Positions 9,180-17,226 of a stretch of 64,000 nt of DNA are shown one piece after another. The stretch spans positions 239,984-303,983 of the forward strand of contig CACNNQ010000002.1 in the NCBI GenBank assembly GCA_902621855.1, read 5' to 3'. The translations under genes were made by a program, and so were the position numbers. Position 1 is the stretch's first letter. Each line of letters begins with the position of its first letter. The notes under the pieces were generated by a model, which worked only from the letters and a program-made list of their open reading frames with translations, was not told the origin of the DNA and did no database searches. Origin of the DNA: an uncultured Alphaproteobacteria bacterium (GTDB lineage: Bacteria; Pseudomonadota; Alphaproteobacteria; HIMB59; GCA-002718135).

Positions 9180-10151
9180 TTAATTAGTTTGTCGTATTAT
9201 AAATAAATTACCATCATGATCACTTATCTGTCTTACTGAACGAAGTGTATTTTTTGGAACAGAAAAAGTATCTTTTTCTTTAATTACAACTTTGTCTCCA
9301 TCACAATCTATTTCCCATTCACCAGATAAACAATGATACACTTCTGATTTCTCCAGTTTGTATTCATGTATATGAGCACTCTTGCCGTTGAGAAGTGAAA
9401 GGCTAAAACCTGTTGCATGCGGTATATTAGGGGTAAAAGATTTATCATGAATTTGAAACTGATCAATGTAGTTGATAATTTTATTAGATTGATAGTGATC
9501 ATCGTCGACAAAATATTTATCTTTATCATTAAATCGAATAACAAACTTTTCTATGTCTTCTGAAGAGTAATGATCGAAACTCTCTAATTCATTATCTTGT
9601 AGTGGCTGAATAATTTTAGTTTCATCTGTTATTTTCTGTTTCTCTGTGTCGATTAAAGAATTATCATTCATTAATACCATTCCAGATTCTTTTGCATCTT
9701 TTAAAAGTTTAGGTGTCCAAGTTATTACCCCTGGATCATTTTCACCAAGTACAACAAACATTAAAGCTTCTTCATCACTTATATTTTGAAAACCTCTAAA
9801 CATGTTTGTAGGAAAAGAGGCAATATCTCCTTTTTTTAGTGTCACTTCTCCTTCTGTACCATCAACCCCCCAATAAAAACGCCAAGCACCTGAGTGAATT
9901 ATAAAGACCTCTGCGGTAGTGTGACTATGTAATCCAGAACCGTTCATTGGCGCAGCACTTACTGCTCCAATATTAAAACCATGTTCTTCCGCTATTTTTA
10001 CATTTTGTTTAGCATCTTCACTGACGCCAGGGCCTATAACTGAATAATTTTTCCTATCTTGATGGCCTTTTAGTTTTCCCTCAACAAATGGTATATTACT
10101 TGGAATAAGTTCATCAAATTTTGCTAATCTAGATGTAATATTAATTGACAT
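9180..10151 (-). CDS. Bicupin (two cupin barrels), probable metal-dependent enzyme
   Basis: 323 aa. Cupin motif 1 appears in both halves: GSGLHSHTTAEVFIIHSG and GKSAHIHEYKLEKSEVYHCLSG (HxH...E). Confidence 0.7.
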   Translation of the reverse strand: MSINITSRLAKFDELIPSNIPFVEGKLKGHQDRKNYSVIGPGVSEDAKQNVKIAEEHGFNIGAVSAAPMNGSGLHSHTTAEVFIIHSGAWRFYWGVDGTEGEVTLKKGDIASFPTNMFRGFQNISDEEALMFVVLGENDPGVITWTPKLLKDAKESGMVLMNDNSLIDTEKQKITDETKIIQPLQDNELESFDHYSSEDIEKFVIRFNDKDKYFVDDDHYQSNKIINYIDQFQIHDKSFTPNIPHATGFSLSLLNGKSAHIHEYKLEKSEVYHCLSGEWEIDCDGDKVVIKEKDTFSVPKNTLRSVRQISDHDGNLFIIRQTN

Positions 10152-10177
10152 ATTGTAATGATCTTTTATTCATTTTT

Positions 10178-10192
10178 TTTGAATATTATTCA
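10178..10192. promoter_or_regulatory. Candidate operator: perfect 15-bp palindrome in the divergent promoter (bicupin / type B2 genes)
   Basis: TTGAATA-T-TATTCAA is a perfect 7-1-7 palindrome. It is flanked by further ATTCA (10167-10171) and TGAAT (10198-10202) half-sites. Confidence 0.35.
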
Positions 10193-10244
10193 AAATAATG
10201 AATAAATCAATTGTTAATTATCAATACTGTTATTTAAATTAAAT

Positions 10245-11342
10245 ATGGCAAATAAGATACAAAACTTTGATACTAGTGAAAAAGATATTTCAAATATTAT
10301 TCACTTAGATCTAGATCCAAAAATAAATATTGAAAACAAAATATACTTTAAAAATTTATTAAATAAAATTGCTGAGTGCTCTATAAAAGATTTAGAAGAT
10401 AATCTTGCAAATTTATATCATACAGATGCAGAGTTTAATGGCTTTCATCCAATTAATGAAATTAAGGGAATTGAAGAAATAAAAAATAAATACTTAATAC
10501 CTTTAAAGAAGGCATTCCCCGATCTCGAAAGAAGAAATAATCTAGTTATTGGTGGTGCATTTAGAGATAAAGTTTTTGTTTCTTTTGTAAGTCATTTAAC
10601 TGGAACTTTCACAAATGAATGGTTAGGAGTAAAGCCAACAAATAAAACAATTTATCTTAGAACATGTGAAGCGCATCAGATTACAAATAATAAAATAATA
10701 AAATCCTATACATTAATTGATACAGTTGATTTTATTCGTCAGGCTGGTCATTGGCCTATTAACAAATCTCTTGGATTAGAGGGCATGTGGCCTAGTCCAA
10801 TTACAGGTGATGGAGAAAATAATCAAAACTTAGATAAGGAATTGTCTCTCAAATCTTTAAATCAAGATTTGACTATGCAAAGAAGTTTAAATATTAAACC
10901 TGAGACTGAGCCAGGTCTATCAAAAGATCAAATAAGAGAAAAATTAATTAATCATCCTCAACAAGATTATTGGCATCCAAAAATGATGTGGTATGGACCA
11001 AGTGGTATAGGTACAGCTAGAGGTTTAGATGGTTTTGTTGATCATCACCAACTCCCATTTAGACTTACATTCAAGGATAGAGATTATTGGAAAATTGGTC
11101 ATTATATTGAAATTGGAGATGGAAATTATTCGATGACTGGAGGTTGGCATAGTATCCAATGCATTCATGGTTCAAGTGATTGGCTAGGATATGAACCAAC
11201 TCATAAAAAAATAACAATGAGAGTCATGGATTTTTATTTACATCATGAAGGGTTAATTAGAGAAAATTGGGTACCAATTGATATAGCCCATATATTAGAT
11301 CAAATAGGTATTGATATTTTTAGATTAATTCATAAAAAATAA
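10245..11342 (+). CDS. Tandem two-domain SnoaL-like / ester cyclase family protein (paralogue type B2)
   Basis: 365 aa. Motif MMWYGPSGIGTARGLDGF and C-terminal ENWVPIDIAHILDQIGID. Paralogue of 6039-7043. Confidence 0.65.
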   Translation: MANKIQNFDTSEKDISNIIHLDLDPKINIENKIYFKNLLNKIAECSIKDLEDNLANLYHTDAEFNGFHPINEIKGIEEIKNKYLIPLKKAFPDLERRNNLVIGGAFRDKVFVSFVSHLTGTFTNEWLGVKPTNKTIYLRTCEAHQITNNKIIKSYTLIDTVDFIRQAGHWPINKSLGLEGMWPSPITGDGENNQNLDKELSLKSLNQDLTMQRSLNIKPETEPGLSKDQIREKLINHPQQDYWHPKMMWYGPSGIGTARGLDGFVDHHQLPFRLTFKDRDYWKIGHYIEIGDGNYSMTGGWHSIQCIHGSSDWLGYEPTHKKITMRVMDFYLHHEGLIRENWVPIDIAHILDQIGIDIFRLIHKK

Positions 11343-11344
11343 CT

Positions 11345-12667
11345 ATGGCAATCGAATATTTAAAAAAAGGTTTAGATGAAAAACAAAGAGTTGAAGATAA
11401 TGATAAAGTAAAAAAAATTGTTGAGGAAACATTAAGGAAAATAGAATCAGAAGGTGATAAACATATTAGAGAGTTATCACAAAAATTTGATAACTATTCA
11501 CCAGATAGTTTTCGACTAAGTGAAGATCAAATTAATGAATTGATTGGTGAAGTCTCTGATGATGATAAAGAAGATATTAAATTTGCTCAAAAACAAGTAA
11601 GGTCATTTGCTGAAGCACAATTAAAAACTTTAAATGAATTAGAGGTAGAAACGCATCCTGGTGTTATTCTTGGTCATAAGAATATACCTGTACAAGCAGT
11701 TGGTTGCTATGTACCTGCTGGTAAATTTCCAATGGTAGCTTCTGCACATATGTCTGTTGTTACTGCATCTGTTGCAGGAGTACCAAGAATTGTAGCCACT
11801 ACTCCACCTTTTAAAGGCAAACCAAATCCTGCAGTTGTGACAGCAATGAAAATGGGTGGTGCTCATGAAATATATGTTTTAGGAGGAATGCAAGGAGTTG
11901 GTGCAATGGCAATTGGCACGGAAACTATTAAAGCTGTTGATATGCTTGTTGGACCTGGTAATGCATTTGTTGCTGAAGCAAAAAGACAACTATTTGGCAA
12001 AGTTGGTATTGATTTATTTGCTGGTCCAACTGAAACAATGGTTATTGCAGATGAGACAGTTGATGGTGAAATATGTGCAACAGACTTACTAGGACAAGCA
12101 GAACATGGATATAATTCTCCCGCTGTGATGATAACAAACTCTAGAAAACTTGCAGAAGAGACATTGAAAGAAATTGATAGAATTTTAGAAATCTTACCTA
12201 CTAAAGAAACAGCAAGTACAAGTTGGAGAGATTATGGAGAAATGATTTTATGTGATACCTATGAGGAGATGTTATCTAAAGCAAATGAAATAGCTTCAGA
12301 GCATGTACAAGTTATGACAAAAAAAGATGATTGGTTTTTAGAAAATATGACATCTTATGGAGCTCTATTTTTGGGTGCTAGAACGAATGTTGCAAATGGT
12401 GATAAGGTAATAGGCACTAACCATACTTTACCAACAAAAAAAGCTGGTAGATACACTGGGGGTCTTTGGGTAGGTAAATATATTAAAACACATACATATC
12501 AAAAAATCACAACTGATGAGGCAGCAACAAAAATTGGTGAATATGGATCCAGGTTATCATACCTTGAAGGCTTTATTGGTCATGCTGAGCAATGTAATGT
12601 CAGAGTAAGAAGGTATGGTGGAGTTAACGTTGAGTATGGGAAACCCGCAAAAAAATTAAAAAATTAA
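11345..12667 (+). CDS. Histidinol dehydrogenase (HisD) family NAD-dependent dehydrogenase, paralogue of uncertain substrate
   Basis: 440 aa. HisD-family motifs LLGQAEHG, GTNHTLPT and EGFIGHAEQ. Starts 2 nt after the type B2 gene. No other his genes in the window. Confidence 0.8.
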   Translation: MAIEYLKKGLDEKQRVEDNDKVKKIVEETLRKIESEGDKHIRELSQKFDNYSPDSFRLSEDQINELIGEVSDDDKEDIKFAQKQVRSFAEAQLKTLNELEVETHPGVILGHKNIPVQAVGCYVPAGKFPMVASAHMSVVTASVAGVPRIVATTPPFKGKPNPAVVTAMKMGGAHEIYVLGGMQGVGAMAIGTETIKAVDMLVGPGNAFVAEAKRQLFGKVGIDLFAGPTETMVIADETVDGEICATDLLGQAEHGYNSPAVMITNSRKLAEETLKEIDRILEILPTKETASTSWRDYGEMILCDTYEEMLSKANEIASEHVQVMTKKDDWFLENMTSYGALFLGARTNVANGDKVIGTNHTLPTKKAGRYTGGLWVGKYIKTHTYQKITTDEAATKIGEYGSRLSYLEGFIGHAEQCNVRVRRYGGVNVEYGKPAKKLKN

Positions 12668-14535
12668 ATTTTGTTATTCTTTTTTAAAAAAGTTAAAACT
12701 TCATCTGCTAATTCTTCCGCCTTTTTCATTTGAGTATTCAGAATTATTTCAGGTGATTCAGGTTTTTCATAAATAGAATCAATTCCTGTAAAATTTTTTA
12801 ATTTACCTGCTCTAGCTTTCTTATATAAACCTTTCGGATCTCGCTTTTCACATTCTTCAATTGTTGTGTTGATAAAAATTTCAATAAACTCATCTTTTTC
12901 TACTAAATCACGGGCCATTTTTCTTTCTGATTTAAATGGTGAAATGAAAGATACAATTGTGATTAATCCTGCATCAATCATTAATCTAGATACTTCTGAA
13001 ATCCGTCTAATATTTTCAACACGATCTGTATCGGTGAAACCAAGATCTTTATTTAATCCGTGTCTTATATTGTCCCCGTCTAATAAATAGGTATGCTTTC
13101 CAATTTGATGAAGTTTTTGTTCAATTATATTTGCAATTGTAGATTTTCCTGAACCTGATAACCCAGTAAACCATAAAATACACGGACTTTGACCACTGAT
13201 AGAAGATCTTAATTTTTTATTTATAGACATCTTTTGCCAAGCAATATTTGAAGCTCTTCTTAATTCATGATCAATTACACCTGCTCCCAAAGTCTGTTTA
13301 GTAAATTGATCTATTATTACAAAACTACCTAATCTTTTATTTTTTTGATAAGAATTAAATACAATATTCTTATTTAAAGCTACTTTGCAGTAAGCTATTT
13401 CATTTAAATTTAATTCTTTCGAAGCTAATTTATCAAATGAATTTACGTTTATTTTATGAACAAGATCAGTAATTTTACCAATTGTTTGTGAATTGATAAA
13501 TCTAAAAATATAATTTCTTTCAGGTAACATTTTTTCTTTACTCATCCAAATTATATGAGAAGCAAATTGATCTGAGGTAAATAAATTATCTTTGTTAGTA
13601 GAACATATTAAGTTGCCTCTTGAAATATCAACCTCTTTACTCAATGTAAGGGTAACTGCTTGGTCTTTAAACGCAACTTCTTTTTGACCACTAGGAGTAA
13701 GTATTTTTTTTATTATGTTTTTTTCCCTACTAGGTAATATAAAAATTTCATCATCAATATTTATTTTTCCTGAAGAAATTGTGCCGCTATATCCTCTAAA
13801 ATTTGATGATAATCTATTGACCCATTGTACTGGCATAGAAAAAAAATCATCTTCTGGTTCAATCAAGCTTATATCCTCAAGTTCTTCAATTAAAGTTTTA
13901 CCATTATACCAAGGTATATTTTTATTTTTAGTAAATACATTTTCTCCATGTAAAGCTGAAATTGGAATAAATTTTTCTATTTTAAATTTAAATTGATTTG
14001 ATATTTCTGTGAAAGATTTGACTATTTCTTCAAATTTATTTTGATTAAAATCAATTAAATCCATTTTATTTACAGTTACAATAATATTTTCAATTCCAAG
14101 TAAAGATAAGATAAATGTGTGTCTCTTTGTTTGATCTAATATCCCTTTTGAAGCATCTATTAATATAATTGCTACATCAGAATTTGATGCTCCTGTAGCC
14201 ATATTTCTTGTGTACTCTTCGTGACCGGGCGTGTCGGCAAGAATAAACTTGCATTTTTCAGTCTCAAAATAACGATAGGCGACATCAATAGTTATTCCCT
14301 GTTCTCTTTCAGCTTGAAGTCCATCAATTAATAAAGCAAGATCAACTTTTTTTCCTTGTGTTCCATACTTCTCACTTTCTTTCTGAGTTTGGGTCAGCTG
14401 ATCACTATAAATATTTTTAGAATCATACATAAGCCTACCAAGTAATGTAGATTTACCATCATCAACTGATCCACATGTTAATATTTTCAATTGTTTTTTG
14501 TTATTTTGTTTTTCGAAAAAAGCTTTCAAATCCAT
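12664..14535 (-). CDS. cysNC: Bifunctional sulfate adenylyltransferase subunit 1 (GTPase) / adenylylsulfate (APS) kinase
   Basis: 623 aa. N-terminal GTPase (GSVDDGKSTLLGRL, DTPGHEEY, NKMD). C-terminal APS kinase P-loop (WFTGLSGSGKSTIA). Confidence 0.9.
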   Translation of the reverse strand: MDLKAFFEKQNNKKQLKILTCGSVDDGKSTLLGRLMYDSKNIYSDQLTQTQKESEKYGTQGKKVDLALLIDGLQAEREQGITIDVAYRYFETEKCKFILADTPGHEEYTRNMATGASNSDVAIILIDASKGILDQTKRHTFILSLLGIENIIVTVNKMDLIDFNQNKFEEIVKSFTEISNQFKFKIEKFIPISALHGENVFTKNKNIPWYNGKTLIEELEDISLIEPEDDFFSMPVQWVNRLSSNFRGYSGTISSGKINIDDEIFILPSREKNIIKKILTPSGQKEVAFKDQAVTLTLSKEVDISRGNLICSTNKDNLFTSDQFASHIIWMSKEKMLPERNYIFRFINSQTIGKITDLVHKINVNSFDKLASKELNLNEIAYCKVALNKNIVFNSYQKNKRLGSFVIIDQFTKQTLGAGVIDHELRRASNIAWQKMSINKKLRSSISGQSPCILWFTGLSGSGKSTIANIIEQKLHQIGKHTYLLDGDNIRHGLNKDLGFTDTDRVENIRRISEVSRLMIDAGLITIVSFISPFKSERKMARDLVEKDEFIEIFINTTIEECEKRDPKGLYKKARAGKLKNFTGIDSIYEKPESPEIILNTQMKKAEELADEVLTFLKKNNKI

Positions 14536-15434
14536 TAGAAATATCCTTCTTGTTTTTTTATTTCCATAGATCCAATTTGATCACTGTCAATCAATCTCCC
14601 TTGTCTTTCTGAGTATTTAGTTTCTAAAAGTTCAATAATGATTTCTTCTACATTAGTAGCTGCGGACTCCATAGCTGCTGTTAATGGATAACAACCTAAT
14701 GTTCTAAATCTCACATTTTTTTGTTCTATTTTTTCATTCTGTTTGATTTCTAATCGATCATCATCAACCATAATCATCATGCCATCACGTTTGATAATTG
14801 GTCGAGTTTTAGCTAAATACAAAGGAACTATTGGTATTTTTTCTTGATAAATATATTGCCATATATCTAGCTCTGTCCAGTTCGATAGTGGAAATACCCT
14901 AACACTTTCATCAGTATTAATTTTTGTGTTAAATAAATTCCAAAGCTCTGGTTTTTGATTTTTAGGATCCCATCGATGATTTTTATCACGAAAAGAAAAA
15001 ATTCTTTCTTTTGCTCTTGATTTTTCTTCATCTCGCCGTGCACCTCCAAATGCAGCATCAAATTTATATTTATCTAAAGCTTGTTTTAAAGCTTGTGTTT
15101 TCATTATATCTGTATGAATTTTTGAACCATTTTTAATTGGACTAATTTTATTACGTATTCCATCTTGATTTATATGCACTATTAAATCAAGGTTATATGT
15201 CTTAGCAATTTGATCTCTAAATAAAATCATTTCTTTAAATTTCCAAGTTGTGTCTATGTGCATTATTTTAAAAGGTATATTATTTGGTGCAAAAGCTTTT
15301 AGAGCTAGATGCAACATTACAGAAGAATCTTTACCAATTGAATAAAGCATTACTGGATTATCAAATTCAGCAACAACTTCTCTAATGATATGAATGCTTT
15401 CTGATTCTAACTTATCTATATGTGATAGTTTCAT
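14535..15434 (-). CDS. cysD: Sulfate adenylyltransferase subunit 2
   Basis: 299 aa. PAPS-reductase-fold N-terminus [34 protein letters not shown]. Overlaps the cysNC start by 1 nt. Confidence 0.9.
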   Translation of the reverse strand: MKLSHIDKLESESIHIIREVVAEFDNPVMLYSIGKDSSVMLHLALKAFAPNNIPFKIMHIDTTWKFKEMILFRDQIAKTYNLDLIVHINQDGIRNKISPIKNGSKIHTDIMKTQALKQALDKYKFDAAFGGARRDEEKSRAKERIFSFRDKNHRWDPKNQKPELWNLFNTKINTDESVRVFPLSNWTELDIWQYIYQEKIPIVPLYLAKTRPIIKRDGMMIMVDDDRLEIKQNEKIEQKNVRFRTLGCYPLTAAMESAATNVEEIIIELLETKYSERQGRLIDSDQIGSMEIKKQEGYF

Positions 15435-15435
15435 G

Positions 15436-16239
15436 CTAATCTATTTGAGATATATTTCCATAAGCTATAAAATAGGGATTTAAAATATTTTCTTTAGTAT
15501 TGTAAAGAATTTCATCATTATCTATAGATCTTAATTTTCCCCCAGCTTCTTGTAAAATGATATGACCAGCTGCAATGTCCCATTCGGAAGTTGGTCCAAA
15601 TCTAGGATAAATATCTGCTGTTCCTTCTGCCAAATGACAAAACTTAAGTGAGCTTCCAATTTTAATTAATTCAAAATTGGTAAATTTACTTTTAACCCAT
15701 TCGTTGAATTCCGTATTTGAATGTGATCTACTACCAATTATTCTCGTAATTGAATAACTTTTTTTGACTACATTAATCTTTTCTAAATTATTTAGAGAGC
15801 TTAAATTTCTATTAGTATAAACTTTAAAAGAGCCATAATTTTTGTAGGCATAATACAAAACAGATTTTACTGGAGAATATATGATTCCAAAAACTGGTTT
15901 ATTGTTTTCTATGAGTGAAATATTAATTGTAAATTCACCATTTCTATTTATAAATTCTTTTGTCCCATCTAGTGGATCAATAAGCCAATATTTTTTCCAT
16001 TTTTTTCGAATGCCCCATGAAACTAGAGATTCTTCGCTCAATATAGGTATATTTGGTTCAAGAATTTTTAATCTAGTAACAATTAATTCATTAGAATTTA
16101 TATCAGCCTCAGTAATTGGTGAACTATCTTCTTTAGTATCTACAGTGAAACCTTTATCATAAATTTTCATAATTTCTTTTCCTGAATCAATAGCTATATT
16201 CAAAAGTTCTAGAATTACTTGGTTGTTATTTAATTCCAT
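15436..16239 (-). CDS. cysQ: 3'(2'),5'-bisphosphate nucleotidase (inositol monophosphatase family)
   Basis: 267 aa with [12 protein letters not shown] and WDIAAGH motifs. Lies in an operon with cysD and cysNC. Confidence 0.8.
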   Translation of the reverse strand: MELNNNQVILELLNIAIDSGKEIMKIYDKGFTVDTKEDSSPITEADINSNELIVTRLKILEPNIPILSEESLVSWGIRKKWKKYWLIDPLDGTKEFINRNGEFTINISLIENNKPVFGIIYSPVKSVLYYAYKNYGSFKVYTNRNLSSLNNLEKINVVKKSYSITRIIGSRSHSNTEFNEWVKSKFTNFELIKIGSSLKFCHLAEGTADIYPRFGPTSEWDIAAGHIILQEAGGKLRSIDNDEILYNTKENILNPYFIAYGNISQID

Positions 16240-16246
16240 TTTTTAT

Positions 16247-17158
16247 TCAAATTAGAATATAATAAATATAAGAAATGTATAAAATGAAACCAACACAACC
16301 ATATGCTCTTCCTATTTTTTTAGCAAAAAACATAAAGGCTAAAATAATAAAAGTTATAAATAGCATAAAAATTAAATCTTGTTTTGCTAAAACATTTGGC
16401 ATTTCAAATGTACCAAAAAAAGAACTAATACCTAAGACTCCTAGTACATTATAAATATTCGATCCTAGTATATTTCCAAGAGCGAAATCTACCTTTTTCT
16501 TAAGTGCAGATATCACGCCTACTACTAATTCTGGAAGTGATGTACCTAATGCAATTATTGATAATCCAATTACTGTTTCTGAAACATTAAAATTGGAAGC
16601 AATATTTATTGAAGAACTTATTAGAAGATCTGAACCATATATTAAAAATATAACTCCTATTATAATTAAAAATACTGATAAAAATATGGAGTATTCACTT
16701 TTATTTATTTCTTCTAGATTTAAAGACTTTTTTTTCACTTGTGTATACATTATGAATGTCAATAAAATGACTGAGAATATTCCAAAAATAAAATTAAAAT
16801 ATAAAAAATTCATAAGAATAAGAACCAGTCCCAAAGCAATATTTATAAGAGCTTGATTGATTTGGTTTTTAGTAATGTTGGATATTGGCAAAATTATTGT
16901 AGTTGCTGCCATAACCAATATTAAGTTAGCGATGTTACTTCCAACTACTGCTCCAAGAGCTAAATCTGCATGATTGTTTAGAACTGCATTTATACTACTT
17001 GCTAATTCAGGAAGTGAGGTTCCACCAGCTACTATGACTACTCCTATTGCAAAAAGAGATATATTTAATTTACGACCAAAACTAACTGATCCTCTTATAA
17101 CAATCTCAGCTCCCAGAACTAGAATAGACAGTCCAATAATTAAAAAAAATATATCCAC
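16247..17158 (-). CDS. Ca2+/cation antiporter (CaCA) family membrane protein, YrbG-like
   Basis: 303 aa, about 10 TM segments, with two alpha-repeats GGTSLPELASSI and LGTSLPELVVGV. Confidence 0.8.
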   Translation of the reverse strand: MDIFFLIIGLSILVLGAEIVIRGSVSFGRKLNISLFAIGVVIVAGGTSLPELASSINAVLNNHADLALGAVVGSNIANLILVMAATTIILPISNITKNQINQALINIALGLVLILMNFLYFNFIFGIFSVILLTFIMYTQVKKKSLNLEEINKSEYSIFLSVFLIIIGVIFLIYGSDLLISSSINIASNFNVSETVIGLSIIALGTSLPELVVGVISALKKKVDFALGNILGSNIYNVLGVLGISSFFGTFEMPNVLAKQDLIFMLFITFIILAFMFFAKKIGRAYGCVGFILYISYIYYILI

Positions 17159-17226
17159 TAAAATTTATTAATCTTTTATGGTAGTTACATAATTATTAAA
17201 GAAATATAAACTTATTAATTTTAATT

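Noticed and set aside
11345-12667. Calling this gene hisD (histidine biosynthesis).
   Set aside because: The family membership is clear. However, the operon context (SnoaL-like genes, no his neighbours) argues against assigning the housekeeping symbol without a phylogeny, so the gene symbol is left empty.
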